DNA of 64,000 nucleotides from a virus, in the IMG/VR virus record IMGVR_UViG_3300008107_005855, positions 1-64,000 of that record. One strand, given 5' to 3'. This document shows positions 33,201 to 39,615 of this stretch, in pieces. Numbering within the stretch: the first letter of the stretch is position 1; each line of letters opens with the position of its first letter. Both the position numbers and the translations under genes were made by a program. The notes under the pieces were generated by a model, which did not search any database, was not told the DNA's origin, and saw only the letters and a list, made by a program, of their open reading frames with translations.

Positions 33201-34293
33201 AGGCCGATCTTACGCCAATGCTGCCGTGGTGTCAGTGGGCGGAAACTTTTACGAAGCATTGGCGTCAAACAGTGTAGCCACTGTTCCTACTACAGTATTT
33301 TCATTGGCAGAATTCCAGGAAATTGATTTATATCCTGATGCTGGAGAATATGTTGTTGAAGCAATTGATGATGATGGTATTCATTTAAACGTAGCAGTCA
33401 ATGGAGCATTTTCGTCAAATGCTTATGTAATGTCGTTGTCATATAACGTTGACCCGCCATACTTAAAGGCACTGGATACTTTAATTTCCAGCTCATTTAC
33501 AGAAGATCCTGCAGAAAGTCAAGCGTCATTGATAATAGAAGGCGGTGCATTTGTTGACACTTACAGTAGTCATGCTCCTGAAGAGTTAATACCGGGCAGA
33601 ATCTTTGACAGTGTCATAATCAGAGTATTCACTGCTATGACTACTACACCATTCCGCGTTGTAACTTCAGACGACGAATTGGCCATTGGATCTGTATTAG
33701 CATACGCACAGTTGATAAAATTTGATGGTACTCGAGAATTCCGTAGATTGTCAAAGGATAACACAACTACATTGTCACAGCCATTAAACTACACAGATGC
33801 AAATGTGCATTTGACTAGCACATCATTCTTGCCAATTCCAAGTCCAGCATTTAATGTGCCGGGTTCAATTTATATCAACGGCGAAAAAATTAATTTTTAC
33901 ACCATCGATTATACCAACAATGTAATTGGACAAATTACTCGCGGCGCAGATGGAACATTAAAACAAAATTATGTTGCATCAGGCGCCATTGTTAACAACG
34001 GTAGTAAAACTGAAGAAATTGATAATGCCGAATTTATTGTTTGGCAAAATCGTGTAGTCGGCGGAACAAGCAGTGGTCTAGTGCAAATTGCCACACCACA
34101 GCTGACAGCCAATGGTACTCCGGGCAAATTCAATGAACCAGTAATTTACTATGCGGCATCTTCTAATGTGTCTGTAACAGCAGGCGACGTGGTAGATGGC
34201 ACAGGATTTGCCGGAGCAGAAACATCACATGTGTTGTTCTTAAAAGAAAAAATATATGGTAATTTAACATTGCCATATCCGTGGCAAACTTAA
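21205..34293 (+). CDS. Giant (4362 aa) baseplate wedge / virion structural protein (gp7-like position) with FG-GAP repeats
   Basis: Follows gp6; N-terminal FLPEVF...FINFSQYYWLP; FG-GAP-like repeats (EFGHSIAL, RFGHSVAL, EFGYSVAIS, YFGTSVAI, DFGRSIAV); GGSGY..P.VTI repeats; EVKPYRTKIR. Confidence 0.75.
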   Translation: MAAVKTINFLPEVFRSNANKKFLTATLDQLVSEPNLQKINGYVGRQFAPTYKNTDNYIIEPTAERQVYQLEPSLVVKDKLNNVKFVGTYIDLLQKLKYHGALTDNQDRLFSAENYSFNPSIEFDKFINFSQYYWLPNGPNAVSVSALPKNTLVTGVVTSTDLYFRRQENHFQVEYEGSTTQPNPTIYLQRGITYTLSFEQSGGSAFWIQTEPGLSGYKKLEPTVSSRNVLGVANNGSTVLPISFTPPLIDAQDQYNTMELVQPVAGRNVDYATELAYNQIHNRTLAELSVIGGIAGADTNLNGKFLIFLPPTQDFVSAYSDNGLFDYDPEGFDGFKFDGGRLVPRTVLANYQPFNPWESVGLYDAYNYEQSGYGFDEGFQPDLAVGSGVEVPLAQRGGMWRINLVTADDGQSTIVKLSPAGDVPYRNKVYITSGSQTGKSYFKNTAGVFEKIPDITATLDTLYYQDGSNSRRVGVIKLIDPLDISLNIEEQIIGLKSYTSPNGVEFTNGLMLQFDDTVTPAIYQDGYWIVEGVGQSIKLVRFANLTTPEENIGNTNTAFDSNPYDSTDFDVDSGTPGTPDYITINRSSIDGNAWSRSNRWFHIDVIKKIAEYTNSIPLFNQLSRANRPIIEFNADIDLINHGKVFKAPIDTINFSVTDIFNQIENKPIGYELDGVVLDGGIRIIFANSADALYKNKIYTITVKEIAGLKNIHLELADDYQIESGHQIIVTNGTYKGNSYYFDGSTWQRSQEKTKVNQPPLFDMFDTNGISFADNERYYGTTFAGTKLFSYSIGTGSNDAYLGFPLKYQNFNQIGDIVFENNFDTDTFTYLEGSATVPVPVNRGYVGFNVGLTDKIYKNNWTTNEHESRQYQVITYFYNDTRYFEIDISPMEGAHNKVFVNNKYINQNNYTISKVNNIKVLILNNSVNLAVGDKIDILIHSDSVSDIGYFQVPDNLDLNAENKDFSTLTLGQLRNHVAVKATNNTDIVGTVPGVSNLRDLDVANTSGSILQHSSSLLYPSLFVTNNEMNFFQGIEYAEKEYTKFKNKFLELAVKNSYDVSDVPGTVDKILTEINKYKTNAFPWYYSDMVPYTANQRTVLPTYTILDTQIKEYEITSIFNDKELGNKSVLVYYTPTTLTTFSTITTGSNVILVDIDTISAGLVNISIPTAYQRTYIGQGLSGPGIQPGTKIVAVDFTSLTITMDKPATLTGKFQLSTVPTTKLLVKDYDYSFNPIRPTITLDPAFYTFPNDQLTIIEYNNTDGNFVPETPTKLGLYPKFRPSIYTDNTYQTPIAVIQGHDGSITPAFDDYRDDLLLELEIRIYNNIKVNYNPEIFNIKEIIPGKSRTTDYSLKEFNQVLGRSFLRWAGDQQVDFTNNTTFDIGNPWTWNYKKFRDVIDGERAPGFWRGIFKYLYDTDRPHTNPWEMFGFSIEPIWWSTRYGSAPYTGKNAQLWEDVRTGYIAEPGNERNDVLYARPNIKKIIPIDEYGLLRSPDQFLSADIDSTKVGGSFAIGDLGPVEAAWHRSSNYPFAVQQAMALLKPGVYFSKLINTNNYNNNNVVQQFAMSDTQRRLTPKTVVLNGEEVNGAISRASGYAGYITNYLKYKGIDPFLADGTGFSVRNYLNNIGIQLGYKVGGYTDKKLLKVLAEHSSPGSTNESVIIPDENYQVILNKSSPTKRLVYSAVLVQRTTSGYSVSGYNLNYPFFTIIPSLQNGNKYTVSQLQETATIYRDYQNVKLTVPYGYEFNTRQELVDFLVSYGRFLTSQGLLFDEFDTELKERPDFVLSAKEFLAWSQQGWKANNIIVLNPIVNSLTVLTRDSVVDQIENAMSGTKLLDQEFNIIKTSQLTVLREEDRFSVKTINNVPIALAELNLVQYEHVLLFDNSTVFNDVIYAPELGNRQSRLKLIGSKTSNWTGKLNPPGFIYNSADIASWQPGADYRKGSLIEFKNNYYVALDNLDAVDKFDSSKWQFIDKEQIKTGLLPNFATNAKQFENFYDSDDRPSNEDIDKFGAGLIGFRERSYLSDLNVDSGTQLKFYQGLLKQKGTLNSIQALTTATFSNLGGNLDLYEEWAIRVGEYGALDINQFFEIDVTPDVAKLTTLLSNDNTTIKDTVVVGETELYKKSNQFQTDFARIRDRKSFYDDDIATAGFVNLDDIDTTIFDMTSYNDLEDVLSEMGSGYKIWVAKDFDKNWNVYRVSETGNFVSTISYSLDNLIKIETVAPHNFVGGEVVAIKNLDPRFNGVYRVLSVIDLNNFITVAYKNVEAIIDAPVTGNGTLLKLESMRFTSITDAKEFAPLNGWKDKDKLFVEVASEDGKWGVYDKTEPFTFKETITKLRPDYLAGGGEEFGHSIALNNINSLMFVGEPGNLLGAVRVYTKDPLGNFNFTTSLFPSIVGAGRFGHSVALGNRIGVVGAPGTSSNTGAVVIYEQIAGNVLSLKQTLTPPNQRPSTTEAEFGYSVAISDDDRWVYIGAPGDNSVHAYGLRYAEEIIDNFTTTAGVTQYFLPFTPVDPDSVTLISSQRALILNIDYTISAGNQVDFLTTVFNDTIVAIQTSYFTYSYTLKIDNFMYETQDVDRFGHSVKCNSVGNEILVTAPKRAIYAATKDSLRTGQSLTGDSVIDAGQAYIFSRSTEVFNTVTETRVVTPRRNIPATHSVRVNGVLLVEGLQNDYNIGSNSIFFSSPIPSGYRVEVDTNVFNLESAITADTPTIYAQFGYSGQITKNSTRIAIGEPYYAQGSYRSGRVHDFLATKVKKYVMGRVPDPVVHDASGALIINDVYVPIGSYLTTPQGIVNQINSARIPGVTAELVTRAKESSDYTLTDLGYATMSGDNVWAKTAIAETEIGNSAQFVKINSIGELTINVDSGYPILWLGLNQFDNEDTLLKPYESTDQEYFGTSVAIVEETNQILVGSQSGTTVNELMFETNFTVDKGITTFYDSIIDSGSVYAYDYLVDYLTNKNVYVFGQQLSPANINSNEDFGRSIAVNLGEILIGSPVDSTIVAAGGVISKFENLEGKSGWDLIRSEEDKVDVSNILKLFLYNKETKKISSYLDFINPIAGRILGIADQDLDYKTVYDPASYNKVSRTTVSNNSDYYWTENYVGKLWWNLDLVKYIDYEQGELLYRAKNWSRVFPGSTIQVNEWIESSVLPSQYVANGGDGTPVYPDNSAYVEDTYVDSRTGIIKTKYFYWVSGRKGINTNSSKTSSAATIQNLIEFPEEQGITYAAVIKNNAFKLFGLGNIGTDLVLHVDYEIEANSNNTIHAEYQLVKQGSPDSEIPASLYDKMIDSLTGFDKLGQTVPDPKLLDADKIGPSIRPRQTLVLDKISAIRNLVGYVNNILIKNPIVERFDISKLLSAEPKPNAPRRTYDAVLQKMVVSGEWHKTVNAIEELEYLDIDELTSSIPASETPRVLINSVPTLDGLWAIYQYDAVTQGWNLYRIQSYNTPETWEYTDWYASDYDPTQATTYVVEQYKDVKAIKFAIGETVKVNDGGQGKFVIYRVNGKLRLDPVGYENGTLQLNSSFYDVASSGTAFDGGNFDTFRFDQNNSTELRYVMESIRDQLFTGYLSDEFSNLFFVLINYILSEQVSVDWIFKSSFISVVHKLRKLAQYPSYISDNQNYYEDYINEVKPYRTKIRDYLISYDGLDVVPNDVTDFDAAPVYNFTTGKYYKPALSAALQSLSKFSVESLIVGAGGSGFSSEPIITISAPDDATGTRARARALIDQVTGSIIDVILLDGGSGYSSTPTVTINGDGTGAIVYAQLGNSPIRSMKTEIKFDRVSYTSDVKRWPAPFRPGNTDYSGPNPQFANITYSPGDIVGADGVAYQRSVTNGNITLFPIVDKFTPGEFNVYSAENFTTAGDRISAYYVTGHENSEYDPANPTSYIQKVDLAAVVPGVEYPGNKIQGLRFQTDRAEVVIPISTQTTYYGNGVVSGTTTIPFTWWSSNSTITSTVPVSGTGSIFYHAPGLPEELYPSVDNPKAKKVASGDFTLTAIPNSGYRGLTVWQSGRSYANAAVVSVGGNFYEALASNSVATVPTTVFSLAEFQEIDLYPDAGEYVVEAIDDDGIHLNVAVNGAFSSNAYVMSLSYNVDPPYLKALDTLISSSFTEDPAESQASLIIEGGAFVDTYSSHAPEELIPGRIFDSVIIRVFTAMTTTPFRVVTSDDELAIGSVLAYAQLIKFDGTREFRRLSKDNTTTLSQPLNYTDANVHLTSTSFLPIPSPAFNVPGSIYINGEKINFYTIDYTNNVIGQITRGADGTLKQNYVASGAIVNNGSKTEEIDNAEFIVWQNRVVGGTSSGLVQIATPQLTANGTPGKFNEPVIYYAASSNVSVTAGDVVDGTGFAGAETSHVLFLKEKIYGNLTLPYPWQT

Positions 34294-34315
34294 CTAAAAT
34301 TTTAAGGAAAAAATC

Positions 34316-34480
34316 GTGATAAATAACCATATAGATAAAAATCAATTGGAATTGGCAGAATCTGGGGAAAGCGGTGTGGTAGATAAGAAACCCGACGAAA
34401 AACCCAGTTTGGTAGTACAAGGATTTTTTAAAATTTATGATCCAGAATCTGGAGAAGTAATGGTGCAAGGTCGCGCATAA
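34316..34480 (+). CDS. Small 54-aa protein missing from the ORF track, paralogous to the N-terminus of the next gene
   Basis: GTG start with AAGGA SD (34304-34308); MINNHIDKNQLELAESGESGVVDKKPDEKPSLVVQGFFKIYDPESGEVMVQGRA. Confidence 0.65.
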   Translation: MINNHIDKNQLELAESGESGVVDKKPDEKPSLVVQGFFKIYDPESGEVMVQGRA

Positions 34481-34481
34481 T

Positions 34482-35123
34482 ATGAAAACAGAAATAAACT
34501 TTAAAATTGACGGATTTCTAAAAATTTATGACCCAGAGTCTGGGCAAATGTTTGTAGATAAGAAAAACGCCATTCACTATGAAAACATGAGTGAAGCAAT
34601 CGCACAAAATTTAGGAAATAAAGGCGTAGAATTTATTACGGAAATGCATTTTGGAAATGGTGGCACAAACGTTGACCCTACTGGAGTTATCAACTATTTG
34701 CCAACAAATACCACAACACAAAACGCAAACTTGTATAGCCCTACATTTTATAAAAACGTTGATAATACTAGTAGTGCCAATCTTGATCCAACTAGAAATA
34801 AAATAACCATAAGCCACGTTCCTGGATTATTATACACAGACATCATTGTCAGTTGTTTACTGGACTACGGAGAACCTAACGCCAACAGCCCAGGCAACCT
34901 ACTAGGGTCAAATCAAGCCGCATTTGATAACAGTACAGATCTAAACGGTGGCTTTGTGTTTGATGAACTTGGATTAAAAGGCTTTAGTGTGTCCGGCGCT
35001 GGCACAGGAAAATTGCTGACTCACGTGGTTTTTCACCCAGTACAAAAATCTTTAAATCGTTTAATTCAAATTGATTATACAGTTAGAATTCAAACCTTAA
35101 CCAACCTAAGTGCTATAGGATAA
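34482..35123 (+). CDS. Baseplate/tail-fibre attachment structural protein
   Basis: GFLKIYD...KKNAIH...MHFGNGG...FVFDELGL...LLTHVVFHPVQKSLNRLIQIDYTVRI; sits between the wedge and the fibres. Confidence 0.65.
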   Translation: MKTEINFKIDGFLKIYDPESGQMFVDKKNAIHYENMSEAIAQNLGNKGVEFITEMHFGNGGTNVDPTGVINYLPTNTTTQNANLYSPTFYKNVDNTSSANLDPTRNKITISHVPGLLYTDIIVSCLLDYGEPNANSPGNLLGSNQAAFDNSTDLNGGFVFDELGLKGFSVSGAGTGKLLTHVVFHPVQKSLNRLIQIDYTVRIQTLTNLSAIG

Positions 35124-35127
35124 AATA

Positions 35128-36678
35128 ATGTCTGTTTCTATTAATAAAACCAACGGAGATGTGTTAGCTATAATTCCTGACAGCACAGCCAACGGACCTG
35201 GCCTGGCACAAACTAACTCCTCGCTGTTTCTAATAGGCAGAAATTATACCAATTACGGCGAATTAGTAAATGAAAATTTTGTAAGACTGTTAGAAAATTT
35301 TGCAAATGCAAACCCGCCTGGCTTATCAGCTAGTCTTTTAACAGGGCAGTTGTGGTACGATACAGATCAAAGTTTGTTAAAAGTTTGGCAAACCAATGGC
35401 TGGAAATCGTTGGCCACAATGGAAATATCAAATTCAACTCCAGTGACCCCGGCACCACAAGACGGACATCTTTGGTATGACACTGTCACTGAACAGCTAA
35501 AAATTTATGGCCGCTTGGCAGAAACCAGCGGAGGTCTCAAAGGTTGGAAAATTGTAGGCCCAGCATATTCTTATACACAAAGCCAAACTGGATCTTTTCC
35601 AGAGTCAATTATAGACTCAAACGGCAACGAAAGAACTTGTATTGTTTTCAGAGTTGGCAATACTCCTATAGCAATTTTTACCAAATTGGCTTTTACAATT
35701 AATACCACATTGGTATCTACATATAGCGGTCTTGGTCCAGCATTAAGTCCTGGACTTAATTTTGTAACAGATGCAACCATTCCTGGTTTTACTCTAAAGA
35801 CTGATAACTTAACATCAACAACCCTTGACGCACAGTTAGATGGAAATTTTGTCAAGTCTGATGAAAATGGTACCATTGATGGCACCTTGACATTAAATTC
35901 TAATTCGGGTCTTTATGTTGGTACAAATGGAAATGTCAGATTGCTGAGGTCTGGCACAACTTTACAATTAAACAATTTGACTGCTAATGGTTCAACACAA
36001 TTGAGTGTCACTAGCGGCACAGGAACATTAATGCCGTTTGTGGTTCTCGACCCAGCGACTGTTAAAGTTCGAATAAATGCAATTACAGAAGGACAAGTGT
36101 TCACCGGTACCACGTTTACTGGCACTAATTTTAACGGAAATTTCATTGGAAATTTAACCGCAACAAATATTAGCACATCTAGTATTACAAAATCTGGCAC
36201 AAACGGCACCGGTGACATTGGACAAATTAATAACAGATACAACACTGTGTATGCAGGGACGTTTTCAGGACAATCGGTACAGGCTCAGTACGCCGACTTG
36301 GCTGAAAGGTTCGAAGCAGACAATGAATATTTGGCCGGCACAGTAGTCGAGCTTGGTGGCGAAAAAGAAATTACCAAAGTTAAAGACGCTTTAAGTAACA
36401 AAGTGTTTGGTGTTGTTAGTAGCAAGGCCGCATACTTAATGAATGCAACAGCAGGATCAAATAAAACTCATCCTCCTGTGGCAGTTAGCGGACGAGTTCC
36501 AGTGAATGTTATTGGAAAAGTTAAAAAAGGGGATCGACTAGTGAGCGCAGGTAACGGGCTAGCCAGAGCCGGAAATGACAGCGAATTGACCCCTTGGAAT
36601 GTAATTGGGCGAGCATTGATAGATAAAAATACAGAAAATGAAGGTGTTATTGAAGCAATAGTGAAACTAAACTCTTAA
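35128..36678 (+). CDS. Tail fibre / baseplate fibre protein with C-terminal intramolecular-chaperone-like domain
   Basis: SLFLIGRNYTNYGELVNENFVRLLENF, GQLWYD repeats; C-terminal AQYADLAERFEAD...GRVPV...GDRLVSAG...VIGRAL. Confidence 0.75.
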   Translation: MSVSINKTNGDVLAIIPDSTANGPGLAQTNSSLFLIGRNYTNYGELVNENFVRLLENFANANPPGLSASLLTGQLWYDTDQSLLKVWQTNGWKSLATMEISNSTPVTPAPQDGHLWYDTVTEQLKIYGRLAETSGGLKGWKIVGPAYSYTQSQTGSFPESIIDSNGNERTCIVFRVGNTPIAIFTKLAFTINTTLVSTYSGLGPALSPGLNFVTDATIPGFTLKTDNLTSTTLDAQLDGNFVKSDENGTIDGTLTLNSNSGLYVGTNGNVRLLRSGTTLQLNNLTANGSTQLSVTSGTGTLMPFVVLDPATVKVRINAITEGQVFTGTTFTGTNFNGNFIGNLTATNISTSSITKSGTNGTGDIGQINNRYNTVYAGTFSGQSVQAQYADLAERFEADNEYLAGTVVELGGEKEITKVKDALSNKVFGVVSSKAAYLMNATAGSNKTHPPVAVSGRVPVNVIGKVKKGDRLVSAGNGLARAGNDSELTPWNVIGRALIDKNTENEGVIEAIVKLNS

Positions 36679-36702
36679 GATTATAAGTAGTTTTAAATTG
36701 TG

Positions 36703-36709
36703 ATAAATA
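36703..36709 (+). promoter_or_regulatory. Late promoter motif ATAAATA
   Basis: Intergenic, upstream of GGAG SD and ATG 36731. Confidence 0.5.
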
Positions 36710-36730
36710 AAAACATACGGAGTTAAAAGA

Positions 36731-38233
36731 ATGGCATATAATTTAGTTACTTCTAGCGGTACAGCACTAGTTACTCTAGCAGACGGTACCACTAATACTA
36801 CAAGAACAAGTCTTACCTTAATTGGTAAAAACTTTGCTGGTTACGGGGCTTTCCTGAACGAGAACTTTGTCAAGTTACTTGAAAATTTCTCAAACAGCAC
36901 CGCACCATCAAACCCAATTGAGGGACAGCTTTGGTGGAACAACACCACTAAAGTGTTACAAGTTCGGTCTGGAACTATTTGGAAAACTGTTTCAAGCAGT
37001 AGCGTTGGTCCTACCAGTGCTCCTCCAAGCAATCCAGTTATCGGAGACCTATGGTGGGATACCACATTAGGACAACTAAAAGTGTACCCAGGCGGCGTAG
37101 GCGCAAGTTGGACTACCGTAGGTCCAGCATTTAGCGTAGCAACTGGACAATCGGGTGCTTTAGCAGAAACAGTAACAGACTCGTCTGCAATTGATCATAC
37201 AGTAATTAAATTTTACATTGCCAACACTCTAGTAGGCATTTTTAGTAAAGATGCAACGTTTACACCAAATCCTGCAATTTCAGGATTTAGCACAGTTAAG
37301 CCTGGTATAAACTTATCGTCTGCCCTAAGCCCAACATTGGCATACTACGGCGATGCCAATAACGCACTCAACTTGGGTGGCATTGCAGCCGCTAACTTCT
37401 TGAGAAGCGACACCAACGATACAATGGATGGAACACTAACCATCACTCAAGATACATCGTTACTATTAGGTAGCTCCGGACAAATTAAAGTTGGTGTAGT
37501 CAGTGGCGCAGTGCAGATGGAAAACGCAGCCACCGGTACTAACACAGAATTTTATACAACTGTTGCTGGTGTTAAAACTAAAGTAATGACGCTGTCTGGC
37601 GTTGACGGATTGATTACCATTAAAGGTACTCCGACAGCAAACTTACATATTGCAACAAAACAATACGTTGACGATCAGTTAAGTGGCTCTGTTACCTCAG
37701 TGGCATTACGCCGAGACGGAACAAACACCGTTACAGGTAACCTACTACCCGACGGTAACAACACACGAGCACTTGGCTCTGTTAGTGCCAAGTTTAATGC
37801 AATACATGCAACCACATTCTTTGGAACTGCTGTAACTGCACAATACGCTGACTTGGCAGAACGATTCGAAGCAGATCAGCCGTATACTCCAGGTACAGTT
37901 GTTGAACTCGGTGGCGTAAAAGAAATTACTGCCGCCGCAGAAGACCTGTCAGAAAATGTATTTGGAGTCATAAGTACTAATGCTGCCTTCTTAATGAACG
38001 GTGGCGCCGGTGATAACGTAACACACCCACCAGTAGCCGTACAAGGAAGAGTTCCTGTTCGTACAATTGGTAAAGTGAAAAAAGGCGATCGTTTAGTAAG
38101 TGCTGGTAATGGCCTGGCTAGGTCAGCTTCACGCAGTGAGATTACTCCTTGGAATGTGATTGGCAGAGCACTAGAAAGCAAAACTGACACTGGCATTGGC
38201 GAAGTCGAAGCAATCGTCAAATTAAATTCTTAA
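36731..38233 (+). CDS. Tail fibre protein, paralogue of 35128-36678
   Basis: Same N-terminal LIGKN..YG...NENFVKLLENF and C-terminal AQYADLAERFEAD...EAIVKLNS; HIATKQYVD fibre motif. Confidence 0.75.
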   Translation: MAYNLVTSSGTALVTLADGTTNTTRTSLTLIGKNFAGYGAFLNENFVKLLENFSNSTAPSNPIEGQLWWNNTTKVLQVRSGTIWKTVSSSSVGPTSAPPSNPVIGDLWWDTTLGQLKVYPGGVGASWTTVGPAFSVATGQSGALAETVTDSSAIDHTVIKFYIANTLVGIFSKDATFTPNPAISGFSTVKPGINLSSALSPTLAYYGDANNALNLGGIAAANFLRSDTNDTMDGTLTITQDTSLLLGSSGQIKVGVVSGAVQMENAATGTNTEFYTTVAGVKTKVMTLSGVDGLITIKGTPTANLHIATKQYVDDQLSGSVTSVALRRDGTNTVTGNLLPDGNNTRALGSVSAKFNAIHATTFFGTAVTAQYADLAERFEADQPYTPGTVVELGGVKEITAAAEDLSENVFGVISTNAAFLMNGGAGDNVTHPPVAVQGRVPVRTIGKVKKGDRLVSAGNGLARSASRSEITPWNVIGRALESKTDTGIGEVEAIVKLNS

Positions 38234-38250
38234 AATTGGAATAATAAACT

Positions 38251-39249
38251 ATGTCATATGCACAACTAGGACTAATTGAAGCAGTAGATTACAATACGTT
38301 TGCCCAAGGTGGTGCAGCCGTTAACCACAATGTGGCAAACATCAACACTGTATGGGGTGTTGGCACAGGACAAAAGGGCTACGGTCAATCAACTACACTG
38401 GCCGCAGTAACCGCAGGTTCTGGCACAGTTACAGCCACACAATGGTCAAATTTAATTGCAAGATTAAACAGTATCTTGACACACCAGGCAGGCAGTGGGT
38501 CTGGCATCAGTGCGCCAACTGCTGGATCAACTATTTCCTTCTTAAGCACATTGTCATCAAGTATTACTACTGCGTTTAATAATAGATTAAATGCCTCAAC
38601 CAACGGCACTGATATTACCAACACTGGACAAACCACAGCATGGAATACCGGAACACCAACTACTCAAACTATCGTTAGAACTGCTACATTTGCGGGCGGT
38701 GCTGATGCAGTTAGATATTTCTTCAACGCCGGCGGTAAAATAATTTTAAATTTAAGCGCAACTGATGCACTGGGAAATAGTAAAGGTTCGGACTGGGTAA
38801 GTCTAACCAATACAAAATTTGCTACATTGGTATTTGGTGCAACCACAAACGGGCGCACCGGAACAGGCGGAACAATCAGTGCTAGTAATACCAGCCTTGG
38901 CTACTGGAATTTAACCACATCCGACCAAAGTATTCTTACATTGACTTCCACATCTGGTACAGCGGATTATGGCTCTAACAGCATTCTGATACAGGTAAAA
39001 TCCAACGGAGTACAAGGCGCAAACGGTGATGTGGGCACAGTACTTACATTTACAATTACTTTAACTGATGCGGCCGCTGATACAAATACAGCACCCTCTG
39101 GTATTCCAGCCTACACACCAGCTGGTACTGCGCCAACACAGGGTAATTTTAACGATTCGTTAAATTTAACATTTACATCGTCGATTACTGTAAGACCTCC
39201 AGAAACAAATAACTTATCTAATACGTGGAGTACTGTAACACAAGGTTAA
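38251..39249 (+). CDS. Ser/Thr/Gly-rich virion structural protein (tail-fibre associated)
   Basis: GYGQ...VTATQW...VRYFFNAGGKI motifs; last gene of the fibre cluster. Confidence 0.65.
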   Translation: MSYAQLGLIEAVDYNTFAQGGAAVNHNVANINTVWGVGTGQKGYGQSTTLAAVTAGSGTVTATQWSNLIARLNSILTHQAGSGSGISAPTAGSTISFLSTLSSSITTAFNNRLNASTNGTDITNTGQTTAWNTGTPTTQTIVRTATFAGGADAVRYFFNAGGKIILNLSATDALGNSKGSDWVSLTNTKFATLVFGATTNGRTGTGGTISASNTSLGYWNLTTSDQSILTLTSTSGTADYGSNSILIQVKSNGVQGANGDVGTVLTFTITLTDAAADTNTAPSGIPAYTPAGTAPTQGNFNDSLNLTFTSSITVRPPETNNLSNTWSTVTQG

Positions 39250-39272
39250 TACTTTGGTTACTTTTATCTGAC

Positions 39273-39318
39273 ATCGCTTGCTAGACATATATATACTGCT
39301 ATGTCTACAGCAAGCGAT
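39273..39318 (+). promoter_or_regulatory. Hairpin sequestering the start codon, with a late-promoter-like ATATATA in the loop
   Basis: ATCGCTTGCTAGACATA pairs with TATGTCTA(CA)GCAAGCGAT (17 bp, 2-nt bulge); ATG 39301 lies in the 3' arm. Confidence 0.55.
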
Positions 39319-39615
39319 ATTGTCAATCAAATTAAGTTATCAACTGACTTCCAAACAAACAAAAAACAGTTAAGAGAAAAAATCTTAACTGATATGCATT
39401 TGCCCTATAATAATGGGCTTTTTAAAATAACACCCGAACTTCTGGCTTTTGTGTCTACTTGGCCAATGGATACACTGTATCTTGAAGATGTTTATCAAAA
39501 TCCCATAGAAGTTGATAAACAAACGTTTTTGACAAAAGCACAAGAACATTACCATTCAATTATGAACTCCTGGCATCAACAGTATGAAGAATTACGAAAA
39601 ATTAGAAAAGTCTAA
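39301..39615 (+). CDS. Hypothetical protein (first gene of the glycosylation island)
   Basis: 104-aa ORF, YNNGLFKITPELLAF...LEDVYQNPIEV. Confidence 0.7.
   Translation: MSTASDIVNQIKLSTDFQTNKKQLREKILTDMHLPYNNGLFKITPELLAFVSTWPMDTLYLEDVYQNPIEVDKQTFLTKAQEHYHSIMNSWHQQYEELRKIRKV

Noticed and set aside
12966-38858. Many 60-154-aa antisense or alternate-frame ORFs inside the structural genes (e.g. 13530-13994, 24051-24425, 30981-31370, 37876-38220)
   Set aside because: Shadow ORFs of long real genes, with no SD or motifs and composition mirroring the sense codons
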